64,000 bases of DNA from Flaccisagitta enflata. Taxonomy: Eukaryota. The notes below the pieces were generated by a model. That model did no database searches, was not told where the DNA came from, and saw only the letters and a program-made list of their open reading frames with translations. Location: the NCBI GenBank assembly GCA_965153355.1, contig OZ231126.1:7564001-7628000 (forward strand), in the 5' to 3' direction. The translations under genes were made by a program, and so were the position numbers. The stretch's first letter is position 1; every line of letters begins with the position of its first letter. Below are positions 1-10,077 of this stretch, piece after piece.

Positions 1-915
1 ATCAACCAACGCGGGTAACACGTAGTCCTCAACCTCGGGTACACGACCATATCCAACAATCACCCCTCACGACCTCCAACGGGCCGTCAACTGCTTCCTT
101 CTCGGCGACGTCGACGAACCTCCGCCGCCGCGTTTTCAAACGTTCACCAACGCCAAAGTACGACCCTCAGCATCGTGAAACTTTTATGGAAGGTACTTCT
201 GATAGTGTTCTACAACATTCAATCTCGATAGCAGCTATTTTTAATCGTCAAGCAGCTTTACTAGTCGACGAAAGATCGTCCTCGACGAACCGCCGCCGAC
301 GCCATCTTGTAATCGTTCTCGAATCGCCAAATCTTGCTCTATCGACTTCAGCTCGGAGTTAGTAGTCCCTCACATCGTGCTTTACCTTCCCAACAACCGG
401 CATCACTTAATTCCTTCGCCAAGTGGCTCGTCCGCGCATCCGAATCACACTAAACCGCGACCGTCGATTACTACTACTTTAACATCGAATTGACGGCGTC
501 TCGCGCATCTAACGACCACCATCTCCGGGAATCAGCATCAGCAAAGTCTAAATTACCTTCCCAACGATCGACAGCACTCAGCTCCTCCGCCAAGCAGCCC
601 GTCGAGGTCCTCAAACAGCATCTCTACGCGACCGAAGCTTATTTCAACTTTAACATCAACTTGACGATCTACTGCTCATTCTACAGTCGCCAATCGACTT
701 CAGCAGCCCCCAAGGACTTCAGTCCACGCATTCCAACCCTCGTCATCGCGTCAATTCGCTCTCCAGTCTCCCGTTGACGTCGTCTAACTTCATTACTGCA
801 ACATAACTCAACAGCAAATTCACTCAAATGAGTTCCTCTCAAAAAAGTTGTGTGTAGCCAAAATACACATGTTTCTCAGCTTTCTCTCGTCACTCAGCAG
901 CAATTATACTCACAG

Positions 916-2295
916 ATGAGTAAAACAAACGGCCAAGACGATCATCCACACGTCTCCTCCTTTGATCCATCCTTCCTGTCATCACCAGCTCGTCGTCGTT
1001 ACAGACCAGCATCCCCATTAGATGAAGACGAAGGACCAAGTAATCATTTCTCCTTTCAGTCCACCCAAGTGCCATCCTTGCTTGACATTGACGTCCGCAA
1101 CGGGGTCAGGTCTTACCCTGACCAAGCAACAGCACCAACTGCAGCATCAGCCCCAGCAACAGCCGACAGAATGAGTGCTGAAGAACAGTTGGCCAAGATG
1201 GCCGAGTTGCATTTGGCACAACAAAAACAGATGGATGCAGCCAATGTTTTCGCCAACAGACAAGCTGAGCAGCTACTGGAGTCGCAGAGGCAACTACAGC
1301 AGGCACAGGAGCATATCAAAAAGCTTTCAGATGCCTTTGAATCCCTGTCGACCCGGCAACAGCAGGAACCTCGACCACTCACTCTCACAACAGCTCCAAA
1401 GAAGAAGCCTGAACTGCCCCCCTTTGATAGAAAGAATATCCTGATTTGGATCCGAAGGGTACAAGCAGCATACCAGAGAGTAGGCGTTGTCGATTCCAAG
1501 GATAAGTTTGCTTGGTTAGAAAGCATGTTCCAGGTTGGACTGAATCCAACCATCGACGGCTACATGTATGGAACAAACACAGAAGTTGATTGGACCAACT
1601 TTTTGCAATACTTAAAAGATGAGTATGGTCCAACAAAAAGGCAGAAGGCTCAAAAGCTTATGAGTGATAATCCTCGCCATGATTTGAAGCCATCACAATT
1701 CCTTCAACAACTCCAAGAGGATACCAAGGATGCGACAGTCGACGACATCTTGAAGGAACATGTCCTCAAGACCATTCCTCCCCGGATCCGCGAGATAATG
1801 GGGAAAGAAGTAGAGCAGATGACTGCCAAGGAAGTAGCAAAAGCGGCTGATGATTTTTTCGATCGGCAGGGCAAGCCACTTGAGAAAGCAGTCAACCCTG
1901 TCAATCATGTTTCAAACTCCTCGTCCACTTCCTCCAACGCCGCATCCACGTCCGCCAGCGCCTCTCACTCCTCATCCTCATCCTCCTCGCACTTCACAGC
2001 CGCCTTTAGCGACGAAGAGGAGACAGATGTAAACTTTGTCAGGAGAAATGGCGGTAGAAGTGGTCAGCAGCAGCGTGGTCGCAGCCGCAGCCGTCCGGGT
2101 TTCAGCAGGAATTCTTCCAACGCTTCGTCAAGCCGCCAGCAGCAGCAGAACGGTTCGACCCCGTCACATCCGCCAGGAACATGCACTTGGCACAGAAGAT
2201 TCGGCGACAAAACACGCAGATGTGTGACAGACTGCCCTCAACATAAATCCTTCATGGCTAAGCAGGGAAACGGTCAAGGGGGCCGACGTCAGTGA
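916..2295 (+). CDS. gag: Gypsy Gag protein
   Basis: First ATG at 916 in the 850..2295 ORF; LPPF..W capsid-like motif (LPPFDRKNILIW) and C-terminal Cx2Hx9Cx3C knuckle (CTWHRRFGDKTRRCVTDC). Confidence 0.88.
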   Translation: MSKTNGQDDHPHVSSFDPSFLSSPARRRYRPASPLDEDEGPSNHFSFQSTQVPSLLDIDVRNGVRSYPDQATAPTAASAPATADRMSAEEQLAKMAELHLAQQKQMDAANVFANRQAEQLLESQRQLQQAQEHIKKLSDAFESLSTRQQQEPRPLTLTTAPKKKPELPPFDRKNILIWIRRVQAAYQRVGVVDSKDKFAWLESMFQVGLNPTIDGYMYGTNTEVDWTNFLQYLKDEYGPTKRQKAQKLMSDNPRHDLKPSQFLQQLQEDTKDATVDDILKEHVLKTIPPRIREIMGKEVEQMTAKEVAKAADDFFDRQGKPLEKAVNPVNHVSNSSSTSSNAASTSASASHSSSSSSSHFTAAFSDEEETDVNFVRRNGGRSGQQQRGRSRSRPGFSRNSSNASSSRQQQQNGSTPSHPPGTCTWHRRFGDKTRRCVTDCPQHKSFMAKQGNGQGGRRQ

Positions 2296-2310
2296 ACGCG
2301 GCGACCCCCT
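2265..2310 (+). promoter_or_regulatory. -1 programmed ribosomal frameshift signal (G GGA AAC plus downstream hairpin)
   Basis: X XXY YYZ heptamer GGGAAAC at 2265-2271, correctly phased in gag; the -1 frame opens only after TAA at 2259-2261; AGGGG/GCCG (2277-2285) can pair with CGGC/CCCCT (2299-2310). Confidence 0.85.
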
Positions 2311-5300
2311 CTTCTTCAAACAACAACATAAAAAACAATTTACTTTACGTTCACGACGCCTCTACCCAGCAGAAATGGCTAATCGACGGAGGCGCCGTCC
2401 TTTCAATCATTCCTCCCACCCTCGCCCAAAGATTAAATGGCCCAACAGCAACGCAACTCCAAGCAGCAAATGGTACAAAGATCCCTTGTTTTGGAGTGAG
2501 AAACATGACCATCAACCTCGCTGATAGAAAGATCCTGTTTCCAGTGACAATTGCTGATGTGAAGCAGCCCATACTCGGCGCTGACTTTCTCGCCCATGCA
2601 TATCTTGCGCCTAATCATCGCGACGGGACGTTGATTGATATAAAGGACATGTCTGTGTTGAGAGCTAACATTGAAAGAGACGCCGAGCCAATCAGAATAA
2701 ATCATGTCAGCCAAGCAACAGATCCGTATTATCAACTGCTTGATAATAAATTTCCAAATCTCTCTAATCCTTCCTTTCGTGTGAAAGAAGTTGATCACGG
2801 GGTTCTTCACCACATCCCAACGGATGGCCCCCCTGTCCAAGCCAGAGCCAGGAAACTGGACCCGGAAAAGCTTGCAGTAGCCAAGGCAGAGATTGACAAG
2901 CTAGTTGAATTGGGAGTTTGCGAGCGCGGAAAATCTGAATGGTCGTCGCCTCTACTCGTTACCACCAAACCGTGTAACTCACCTTGCACGTGTGAGAAAG
3001 AAAAACCATGTGGTGGATGGAGAGTCTGTGGTGACTATCGAAGACTCAACCACATGACCACCACAGATCGATATCCGGTACGAAACCTTCAGGATTTTAA
3101 CTCTGATTTAAGAGGAAAGAAGATTTTCAGTAAAGTTGATTTACTGAAAGGGTATCATCAGATACCAGTGAATCCGGCTGATGTGAGAAAAACAGCCGTG
3201 ATCACACCCTTCGGCCTTTTTGTGTTTCCTCGTTGTCCATTTGGACTAAAGAATGCCGGTCAAGACTTTCAACGGTTGATGGACCGGATTCTCGGCGACG
3301 TTCCTCATACATTCGTCTACTTAGACGATATACTCATCGCCTCCGAAACGAAGGAACAGCACATGGAAGACCTCAAGCGTGTCTTCAAAATATTGGAAGA
3401 GAATGGCCTTGTTGTCAATAGGAAGAAGTGTATTCTTGGTGTCTCCGAAATTGAGTTCCTTGGACATCTCTGCAATGAGCAGGGAATCAAGCCTCTTCCA
3501 GCCAAAGTAGACGCCATCAAAAAGGTTAAACCTCCCACCACCATCAAGGAGTTGCAGCGCTTTCTCGGGATGGTTAATTACTATCGACGGTTTATCAAGA
3601 AAGCAGCTCACCATCTCTTCCACTTATTTGAGTGCCTTGGTAACAAACCCAAAAAGTTGGATTGGACTCAAGACATGGCAAACTCATTCGAAGCCATAAA
3701 GTCAGCACTGGCAAATGCAGCTATGCTCCACCACCCCGACTCTAAACTGCCTCTCGCCATCACCTCTGATGCCTCGGACGTGGCAATGGGAGCCGTCCTC
3801 GAGCAGCGAGGCCCAAATGGATGGGAACCGTTGGCCTTCTTTTCGAAGAAGTTATCAACTCCACAGCAGAGATGGCCTCCATATGATCGGGAGCTTAACG
3901 CAGCGCACAAGTCTATCCGCCACTTCAAACATATGGTGGAAGGCAGAGCCTTCAGTCTCTATACTGACCACCAGAGTCTGGTGCCATCGATGGCCAAGAA
4001 GACTGAGGCACAGACAGCCAGACAGGCCAATCAACTCTCGGAAATATCCGAGTACACCACGGATATCCGTTACTTGGAAGGCAAAAGTAACGTGGTTGCC
4101 GATGCACTCTCTCGTCCGAATGGTGAAGGAAAGGATGGACCACCAGCAGTCTCCAACATCACCAAACCGTCAAAGATCCTTCCTGAGCATGAATTCCTAA
4201 AGGAAATCAACAAAATGCGAGCCAATGGCACTCTGGGTGTGTATCTTGAAGAAACAGACGGTTTCGAGGAAGATATCGACGAGCAACTTGCTGATGCAAA
4301 TGAGGACTCTGACGAACAACTGCAGCAGCAGCAGCAGGCAGCAACGTCTGACCCATTCGATGAAGCTGAGGAAAGACTTGAGCGTCTAATCAACACTCAA
4401 AAAACAGCGTCGAAAACGCCACCTCCTCCCTCCACTGCAACTTCAGCAACTTCCTCAACTCCCTCGTCGACTTCCAAACGTTCTCGCCAGCGCAAGGCGG
4501 TCACTTTCGCGTCGCCAGTCGTCTCGAGCAGTGCCTCCATCTCTTCGGTGTCACCTCCAACTCCAAATGACGACCTGCAGCAACTGGACATCTTCTTCAA
4601 GGAGCAAATGCAGCAGCATCCAGAGCTCCAACGCTTCGTCGACAAACCAACATCAGCAACGGCGCAGCCTCAGCAGCAGCAGCCCGAGCAGCAGTCGACT
4701 CCCGTCAGCAGCAGCAGCGACAGCGGCAGTAACCTCGTGGATAAGCCAGTTCCCGATGAGAAACTCCAAAACCTCCAGCTTGTGGTCAATTCCATTGACC
4801 ATTATGCAATAGACATGGAAGATCTTGCACGCCAGCAAGCCCTCGATCCCGACTTCCAGCGGCTCCTTAGAGACCCTCGCACTGGACTTAGCTTCAGAAA
4901 GATTAAAGTCGGCACAACCTTTCTCCATGTTGACATTTCGAATGGTCCAGCCAGGCCTTTTGTGCCACATTCATTCCGTCGACGAATCTTCAACGTCATT
5001 CATGGCTTAGGCCATCCTGGAGTGGAACGGACGCGACAGTCAATTTCAGACAAGTTTGTTTGGCCAAGCATGCGCCAGGATGTCACACAATGGGCCAGAG
5101 AATGCCTCCCTTGTCAGCAGGCGAAAATTCAACGCCACACGGTTCCGCCCATTGCAGAATTTGCAGTCCCAGCCAAAAGATTCCAGCATGTTCATATTGA
5201 TTTGGTCTCGATGCCACACTCTAACGGCTGCAATCATCTTCTGACAATCGTCGATAGGTTTTCGAGATGGCCGGCTGCTTTCCCAATTTCTGACATCAAT

Positions 5301-6557
5301 GCTGACACTGTCCTTGACACATTCGCACATGGCTGGATCTCAGCTCATGGGGTACCAGAGGTAGTAACGTCTGACCGCGGAAGTCAGTTTTCTTCAACCA
5401 TTTTTACTCAGCTGATGAAAACATGGGGGATTAAGCACCTGATGACCACTGCTTATCACCCAGAAGCAAATGGAATGGTGGAACGTCTCCACAGAAGGCT
5501 TAAGGAGAGCCTCATTGCCTTAGGCAACGACGACCGTCACGGGTGGTACTGGAAGCTCCCCTTGACACTTTTAGCTCTCCGCACTACCGTTAAACCGGAT
5601 ATAGGGGCCTCTCCATCGGATCTAGTTTATGGCGAAGGGTTGACCGTCCCAGGTCAACTTCTAGGGCCTCCTAGCATGACAGACGAAGAACTCTTGCGTG
5701 CACAAAGAGCATCTCTCAACAACCTCAGGGTTGAAGTAGAAAGACTGCAACCGAAGCCGACATCGACTCATCGAAATCCCCAGGTGCACATCCCGGAGGA
5801 ATTGTCAACAGCTTCGCATGTTTTGGTTCGAAAGGGTCTACAGCCTTCCCTCACAGCACCGTACTCGGGCCCATACAGAGTTCTAGAGCGTCATCAGCAT
5901 GGATTCAGGATTCAGATTCCGGGCAGAGATTCTGAAATCATCAACATCTCTCGTCTCAAGCCAGCCATCGTCGCTAGAGAAGATGAGGAAGCAGAAGAAG
6001 ATCCTCTCAACATCACTCCTCCTTCGCCTCCTCCTCCTGGTCGCCCTCCAGGTCTCAGGACACGTGTCCCGGACCCAACTTCGAGAGTCACTCGCAGTTC
6101 TTCACAAAGACAGACGACCAGGAATGAGCCCATCCGTCAAATTCCTTCTCAGCAGCCGTGCTCGAGCCGAGATGTTCCAGGGGAACCTCTCCCTGACTCA
6201 CCTCCTTCTCCTCCTCGACGTCGTCGTCAACCAATCAGACGCGCTCCAGTGGAAGACGACCAGCCAATCGACCCAACAGGCAGAGTCGATGTGCCAGACG
6301 ATCCCAATCTTCCCTCCTGTCCGGATCCAGTTGGTGAAACTATAATCGCCGACGCTTTCCCTCACCTGCCAGATCCCCTGTGCAGGGATCCAAACGACGT
6401 CGACCAACCACTTGTGCCGTCCAATCCTAACCCTCAAGGGGGCGCAAGAAATAGGGTTTTGTCATTCTCCAAACCCAAGAAAGGTGACTTTTCGTACCGC
6501 AGAAAGAGACCAGATGTATCTGCAATCGCAAAACTCATTAAAAACAATCTCGATTAA
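2265..6557 (+). CDS. pol: Gypsy Pol polyprotein (protease, RT, RNase H, integrase with GPY/F), in the -1 frame relative to gag
   Basis: LIDGGA protease-like motif; RT motifs DYRRLN, DLLKGYHQI, PFGLKNA, YLDD; RNase H SDAS, REL, TDH, ADALSR; integrase HGLGH..CLPC, VHIDL, SDRG, GMVER; GPY motif. ORF uninterrupted. Confidence 0.96.
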   Translation, partial: GKRSRGPTSVNAATPSSSNNNIKNNLLYVHDASTQQKWLIDGGAVLSIIPPTLAQRLNGPTATQLQAANGTKIPCFGVRNMTINLADRKILFPVTIADVKQPILGADFLAHAYLAPNHRDGTLIDIKDMSVLRANIERDAEPIRINHVSQATDPYYQLLDNKFPNLSNPSFRVKEVDHGVLHHIPTDGPPVQARARKLDPEKLAVAKAEIDKLVELGVCERGKSEWSSPLLVTTKPCNSPCTCEKEKPCGGWRVCGDYRRLNHMTTTDRYPVRNLQDFNSDLRGKKIFSKVDLLKGYHQIPVNPADVRKTAVITPFGLFVFPRCPFGLKNAGQDFQRLMDRILGDVPHTFVYLDDILIASETKEQHMEDLKRVFKILEENGLVVNRKKCILGVSEIEFLGHLCNEQGIKPLPAKVDAIKKVKPPTTIKELQRFLGMVNYYRRFIKKAAHHLFHLFECLGNKPKKLDWTQDMANSFEAIKSALANAAMLHHPDSKLPLAITSDASDVAMGAVLEQRGPNGWEPLAFFSKKLSTPQQRWPPYDRELNAAHKSIRHFKHMVEGRAFSLYTDHQSLVPSMAKKTEAQTARQANQLSEISEYTTDIRYLEGKSNVVADALSRPNGEGKDGPPAVSNITKPSKILPEHEFLKEINKMRANGTLGVYLEETDGFEEDIDEQLADANEDSDEQLQQQQQAATSDPFDEAEERLERLINTQKTASKTPPPPSTATSATSSTPSSTSKRSRQRKAVTFASPVVSSSASISSVSPPTPNDDLQQLDIFFKEQMQQHPELQRFVDKPTSATAQPQQQQPEQQSTPVSSSSDSGSNLVDKPVPDEKLQNLQLVVNSIDHYAIDMEDLARQQALDPDFQRLLRDPRTGLSFRKIKVGTTFLHVDISNGPARPFVPHSFRRRIFNVIHGLGHPGVERTRQSISDKFVWPSMRQDVTQWARECLPCQQAKIQRHTVPPIAEFAVPAKRFQHVHIDLVSMPHSNGCNHLLTIVDRFSRWPAAFPISDINADTVLDTFAHGWISAHGVPEVVTSDRGSQFSSTIFTQLMKTWGIKHLMTTAYHPEANGMVERLHRRLKESLIALGNDDRHGWYWKLPLTLLALRTTVKPDIGASPSDLVYGEGLTVPGQLLGPPSMTDEELLRAQRASLNNLRVEVERLQPKPTSTHRNPQVHIPEELSTASHVLVRKGLQPSLTAPYSGPYRVLERHQHGFRIQIPGRDSEIINISRLKPAIVAREDEEAEEDPLNITPPSPPPPGRPPGLRTRVPDPTSRVTRSSSQRQTTRNEPIRQIPSQQPCSSRDVPGEPLPDSPPSPPRRRRQPIRRAPVEDDQPIDPTGRVDVPDDPNLPSCPDPVGETIIADAFPHLPDPLCRDPNDVDQPLVPSNPNPQGGARNRVLSFSKPKKGDFSYRRKRPDVSAIAKLIKNNLD

Positions 6558-7377
6558 CTACAAATTGGTATGTTAGTGTGAATCAGTCCATTTTCCTCAT
6601 ACTGTAGTATGCAATCTCTTTTTACTCTTCCTCCGTCGGTCTCCCTTCTCTAACCATGAACTCACTTACGTTAGTGTTTCCTATCTCATATAGTTTTATC
6701 GACCGCGTGTATATTATTCTCATATAAATGCTATCTCTCATACTCTCCTACCTCATCGTTACCTGTTACTTCGGTAGTTTCTGTGTTCATCACGTCATGA
6801 GATTCCTCCCGTTCATTTACGTGCGAAATCTAGGGGGCGTGTAGCTCTCATGCGTCTCCTGCCTTTATTCCTGCCCAGTAGCCTTATGATAGCTGTTTAC
6901 TTATATGTCCTTTAATCTCATTTGCATATTGAGGTAGCTTTTGTGTTTATTGTTTCCGTCTCGTCATGGGCTTTCACATGGTGTAAGTATCATCACCATA
7001 GGTTATGTGGTTCATGAGTTATGGCACTTTTTCTATTGTGCCTCATTTGCATATTGCTGTCGTATGTTTTATTATTTAGCAAAATAAATTGTACACCCGT
7101 ACGTATAGTAGAAATTGGATATCTGTTACGGTTGCTTAGATATGGGCATTTTTGTATTTCACCATGCTTTCCTATGGGGCGGCTTGTCCAATGGTGGTGA
7201 GCCTCATCGGATATCACCGCATATTGTGGCGACCTTAATGAGGCCTCAGATGTCTTGCTGGGAGCCTCATTCATCCTATTTCTCTCATTTTAAAATAAAG
7301 GGTTCAGTATTAACCCCTTTACATATGTCCCTTCCAGGCGGTAGTTCCGGTCTGTTTTTATAGTGGTGATCACCCAC

Positions 7378-7447
7378 TGCAATGCCTGGATGAACCCTGG
7401 ACCTTTGGATCCGAGGTCAAGTCCCTTACCCATGTCGCCACGGCGGC
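7378..7447 (-). pseudogene. Degenerate tRNA-like segment (tRNA-Arg(UCG)-like) inside the LTR
   Basis: Minus strand GCCGCCGTGGCGACATGGGTAAGGGACTTGACCTCGGATCCAAAGGTCCAGGGTTCATCCAGG: A-box, TGAC.TCGGATC anticodon region, damaged B-box; stems imperfect. Confidence 0.5.
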
Positions 7448-8770
7448 TGCATGGACTTACCTCCCAAAGCTTAGGGTGGTTTCTCCTTTGCCCTTACCTT
7501 TAAGCTCACTGCTTAGGATTTTCCTAAGTTTGGTCTGTTTTATGTGAGCACCTACTTGTAGTTATGCTAGAGCTATAAAACTTTACACACTGATGAGTTA
7601 TTGATAAGAAGATGTTTGGGTTTTTAGATTTCTCATTTTTGGTCAGGCTCACTGGCCCTGCCCTTTTTCGTTTGTGTTGGATTATCTCTATCTCTCAATT
7701 TTGCTTAATTTATGCAAAGAGGCCAATTGTTTTCTCCCCTTAGCTTTGTCCTCTCGTTTTAGGAAGAATGTTTTTTGTCACCAAGGTCACATGTGTCACA
7801 GGTTCCTCCCCTTGGTCTCTTCCTCTTCAAAGATGGCTGCCGCCATGGCACCAGCTTTTACTCAGACTGTTAACCTTTGAAATCGTTTCCTTTCAGTCTG
7901 GTTCTTCGATTTTAGGCTCAAGCCTATGTTTTGTGCTCCTGTTTTTATTGATGTTTTAATAAGAGGCTAAGGCCTTGTGAGCAAACTCTGTGCATTATTG
8001 CATGGGTGATAACCCCAGCATAATAAGTTCCCTAAGGGTACCCATGGAGCTGCCCCTGCCTCTGACCCTTTCCATGGACTGCAGACTATGATATAAGGCT
8101 AAAGCCTTAATAACTTGTTAGTGGCATTTGCCTATCAATGTGATAACTTAAAGACATTATTAAGACTTGTATGGAGTCCAAGTCGGTCGGATGTCATATA
8201 AAGGGTAAAATTAAAATTAGGATTTGTTAATTGAAAAGTTAAAGTTAAGCAAAATGGAAGTGGTTGATGTTGTAAGCTAAAGGGTTAGGGTTTAGTTAAA
8301 GAGTTAAAGGTGCAAGAGGGTTTAAGGATAATAAGTTTATTAGGGTTAGGTTTGTTAGGGTTTAGTGTTTATCATATTAGTTAGGGTTTTAATATTTTAC
8401 ATTTAATATTTGTTATATAGCGTTTATCATTATAAGTCCTTCCGGTATGGGGCTACCTCTTAATGGAGGGGCTAATTGATGATACTTGGTGGTAATGTAG
8501 AATCCTTTTCACCCTAATATTTCTCCGTTATAGTTAAAGGTAACAGGTCATCCCATCAGTCTCTGTCTATTTTCTCCTATGAAATAACTTATCCCAGTAA
8601 AAGTATATACATATGGGTATCGTCTGAAAGCCCATACCCTACTTCCTCCTCTGGTCCAAATCTGAATACGGATTTTCCGTATTCTCAACCGTTTAGAAGT
8701 TAGCATATGCATATATGTGCCATTGACTTTTAATGGCTTTTTCCACCATTGACTTAGAACTCTTTTGGGA

Positions 8771-8839
8771 GTCACTGGGATTCGAACCCATGACCTTGGG
8801 GGTTGAAGCCAGGTCTTCTACCACCTTGGCCACCGAGGC
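8771..8839 (-). pseudogene. tRNA-like / Pol III A-box and B-box segment inside the LTR
   Basis: Minus strand GCCTCGGTGGCCAAGGTGGTAGAAGACCTGGCTTCAACCCCCAAGGTCATGGGTTCGAATCCCAGTGAC: A-box TGGCCAAGGTGG and B-box GGTTCGAATCC; acceptor stem does not pair. Confidence 0.55.
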
Positions 8840-9304
8840 AAGGTTGGTTATTAGCTTTGTTCCTCTGTTATTATAGTTATTGTAGTCCCAAGGATTTGCC
8901 TTGGCATCTTATGCTAGAAGCCCATTAGCCTTTTGTCCTAATCAGAAGCCCCACTTTGGAGCTTCCAGTTTCTTCTTGCTCAGAGTCCAAAGCTTCGCCT
9001 TGGTTGCTTAGATACCGGTGATGCCACCCTCTTTTTCTCCCTTAAGGTTAGGCGCCAATGTTTGAATTGGATCACCGGCTTGGCTCGGCAGCATGGCCGA
9101 CCTTAGAGATTTTTCCCCTTAGCTCTGGTTAGTTGAGCTTGGCTCTCACGCCTGGTAGAATCTCTCCTCGATTGTAAAGTGTTTTAATACTTATACTCTA
9201 ATAAAAGATAGATAAACTATCTTAAAGACTTTCGCCTTTTATTAATGCTTTTGGGGACTTATTAATTAAAATGCAGATATAGCTAAAATAGTTATATCTA
9301 CATA

Positions 9305-9317
9305 TTGGTGAGCCCGA
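9305..9317 (+). promoter_or_regulatory. Primer-binding site, tRNA-Trp-like
   Basis: TGGTGAGCCCGAC 3 nt after the LTR-terminal CA; one mismatch from the recalled complement of the eukaryotic tRNA-Trp 3' end (TGGTGACCCCGAC). Confidence 0.7.
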
Positions 9318-10077
9318 CAACGAATGTAATTCTCCCAACCATCAGACCCCCCCGGGTTGAAAAGCTGAGTGCCCAGTAACCAATTCTACTGACAGCAGAG
9401 TAAACCTGGGGCCGATGCGTCGAGTACTTCAGTGGCCTTCCAACTTCATCTCCAAGGGACCCGAGACTCGGCCTCTTTCCGGAGGCTGTCAAGGGCAAAC
9501 GCTGAGCCCGCCCACCGCCCTGGAGATGGGCCATAAAGGGGGTTCGGTGCCAGAACCAACACCCTCCCCACAGGGTCCACGACTTCGGGGGCGCCAACGA
9601 GACCCTTAGGGGTTGTCAATCGATCTCGACCACGGGATTCCAGCTCGGGAGGCTCGACTGCATCCAACCAAACCGTCAAAACCGTTCCGCCATCCGCCAA
9701 TCGCCTGGTGGACGATCGACTTCAACAACAGCTTCCACGAGCCACTGCAGCCGAACCCGTGACTCGAGAGGGCTAAAAATTGGTGTCCACCTTCCTCAAC
9801 GTCTCGACTATCTACCCTGCGAGTTTCAACTCCCGGAGGCAACGGGAACCTCGATTCGGATGCGTCCGTCCTGAACTGCTTCACTTCCGACAGTCTCTTG
9901 AAGGAATCGCCAACTGCTCGTCATCCACAGCTCCCACGCGGCCGTGACGACACAGACACCTTCCCAGGACGTCACCCTACCTTCGACAACGTCCTCCTGC
10001 CCTCCGACACGACTCGTACTCCCGGTTGACACGCTTTTATTCCGATGAGGCGGGGTCCTACTGTATAATATAATATA

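Larger units (their letters stand above)
1..9302 (+). mobile_element. Ty3/Gypsy LTR retrotransposon (5' LTR outside window; long leader, gag, pol, PPT, LTR)
   Basis: gag-like ORF followed by a pol ORF with PR-RT-RH-IN domain order; short G-rich tract AGGGGG (6832-6837) just before a TGTAG...CTACA-bounded LTR. Confidence 0.95.
6840..9302 (+). repeat. Long terminal repeat (~2.46 kb)
   Basis: TGTAG...CTACA inverted termini; purine tract immediately upstream; AATAAA near 9200; PBS-like sequence immediately downstream. No second LTR copy in the window for confirmation. Confidence 0.75.

Noticed and set aside
490-777. Upstream ORF in the Gypsy leader and antisense ORFs over gag, pol, LINE and MPPED
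   Set aside because: Non-ATG starts or shadow frames with no recognisable motifs.
8771-8839. Functional tRNA-Sec or UGA-suppressor tRNA
   Set aside because: Acceptor and anticodon stems do not pair and there is no long variable arm; kept only as a tRNA-derived segment.
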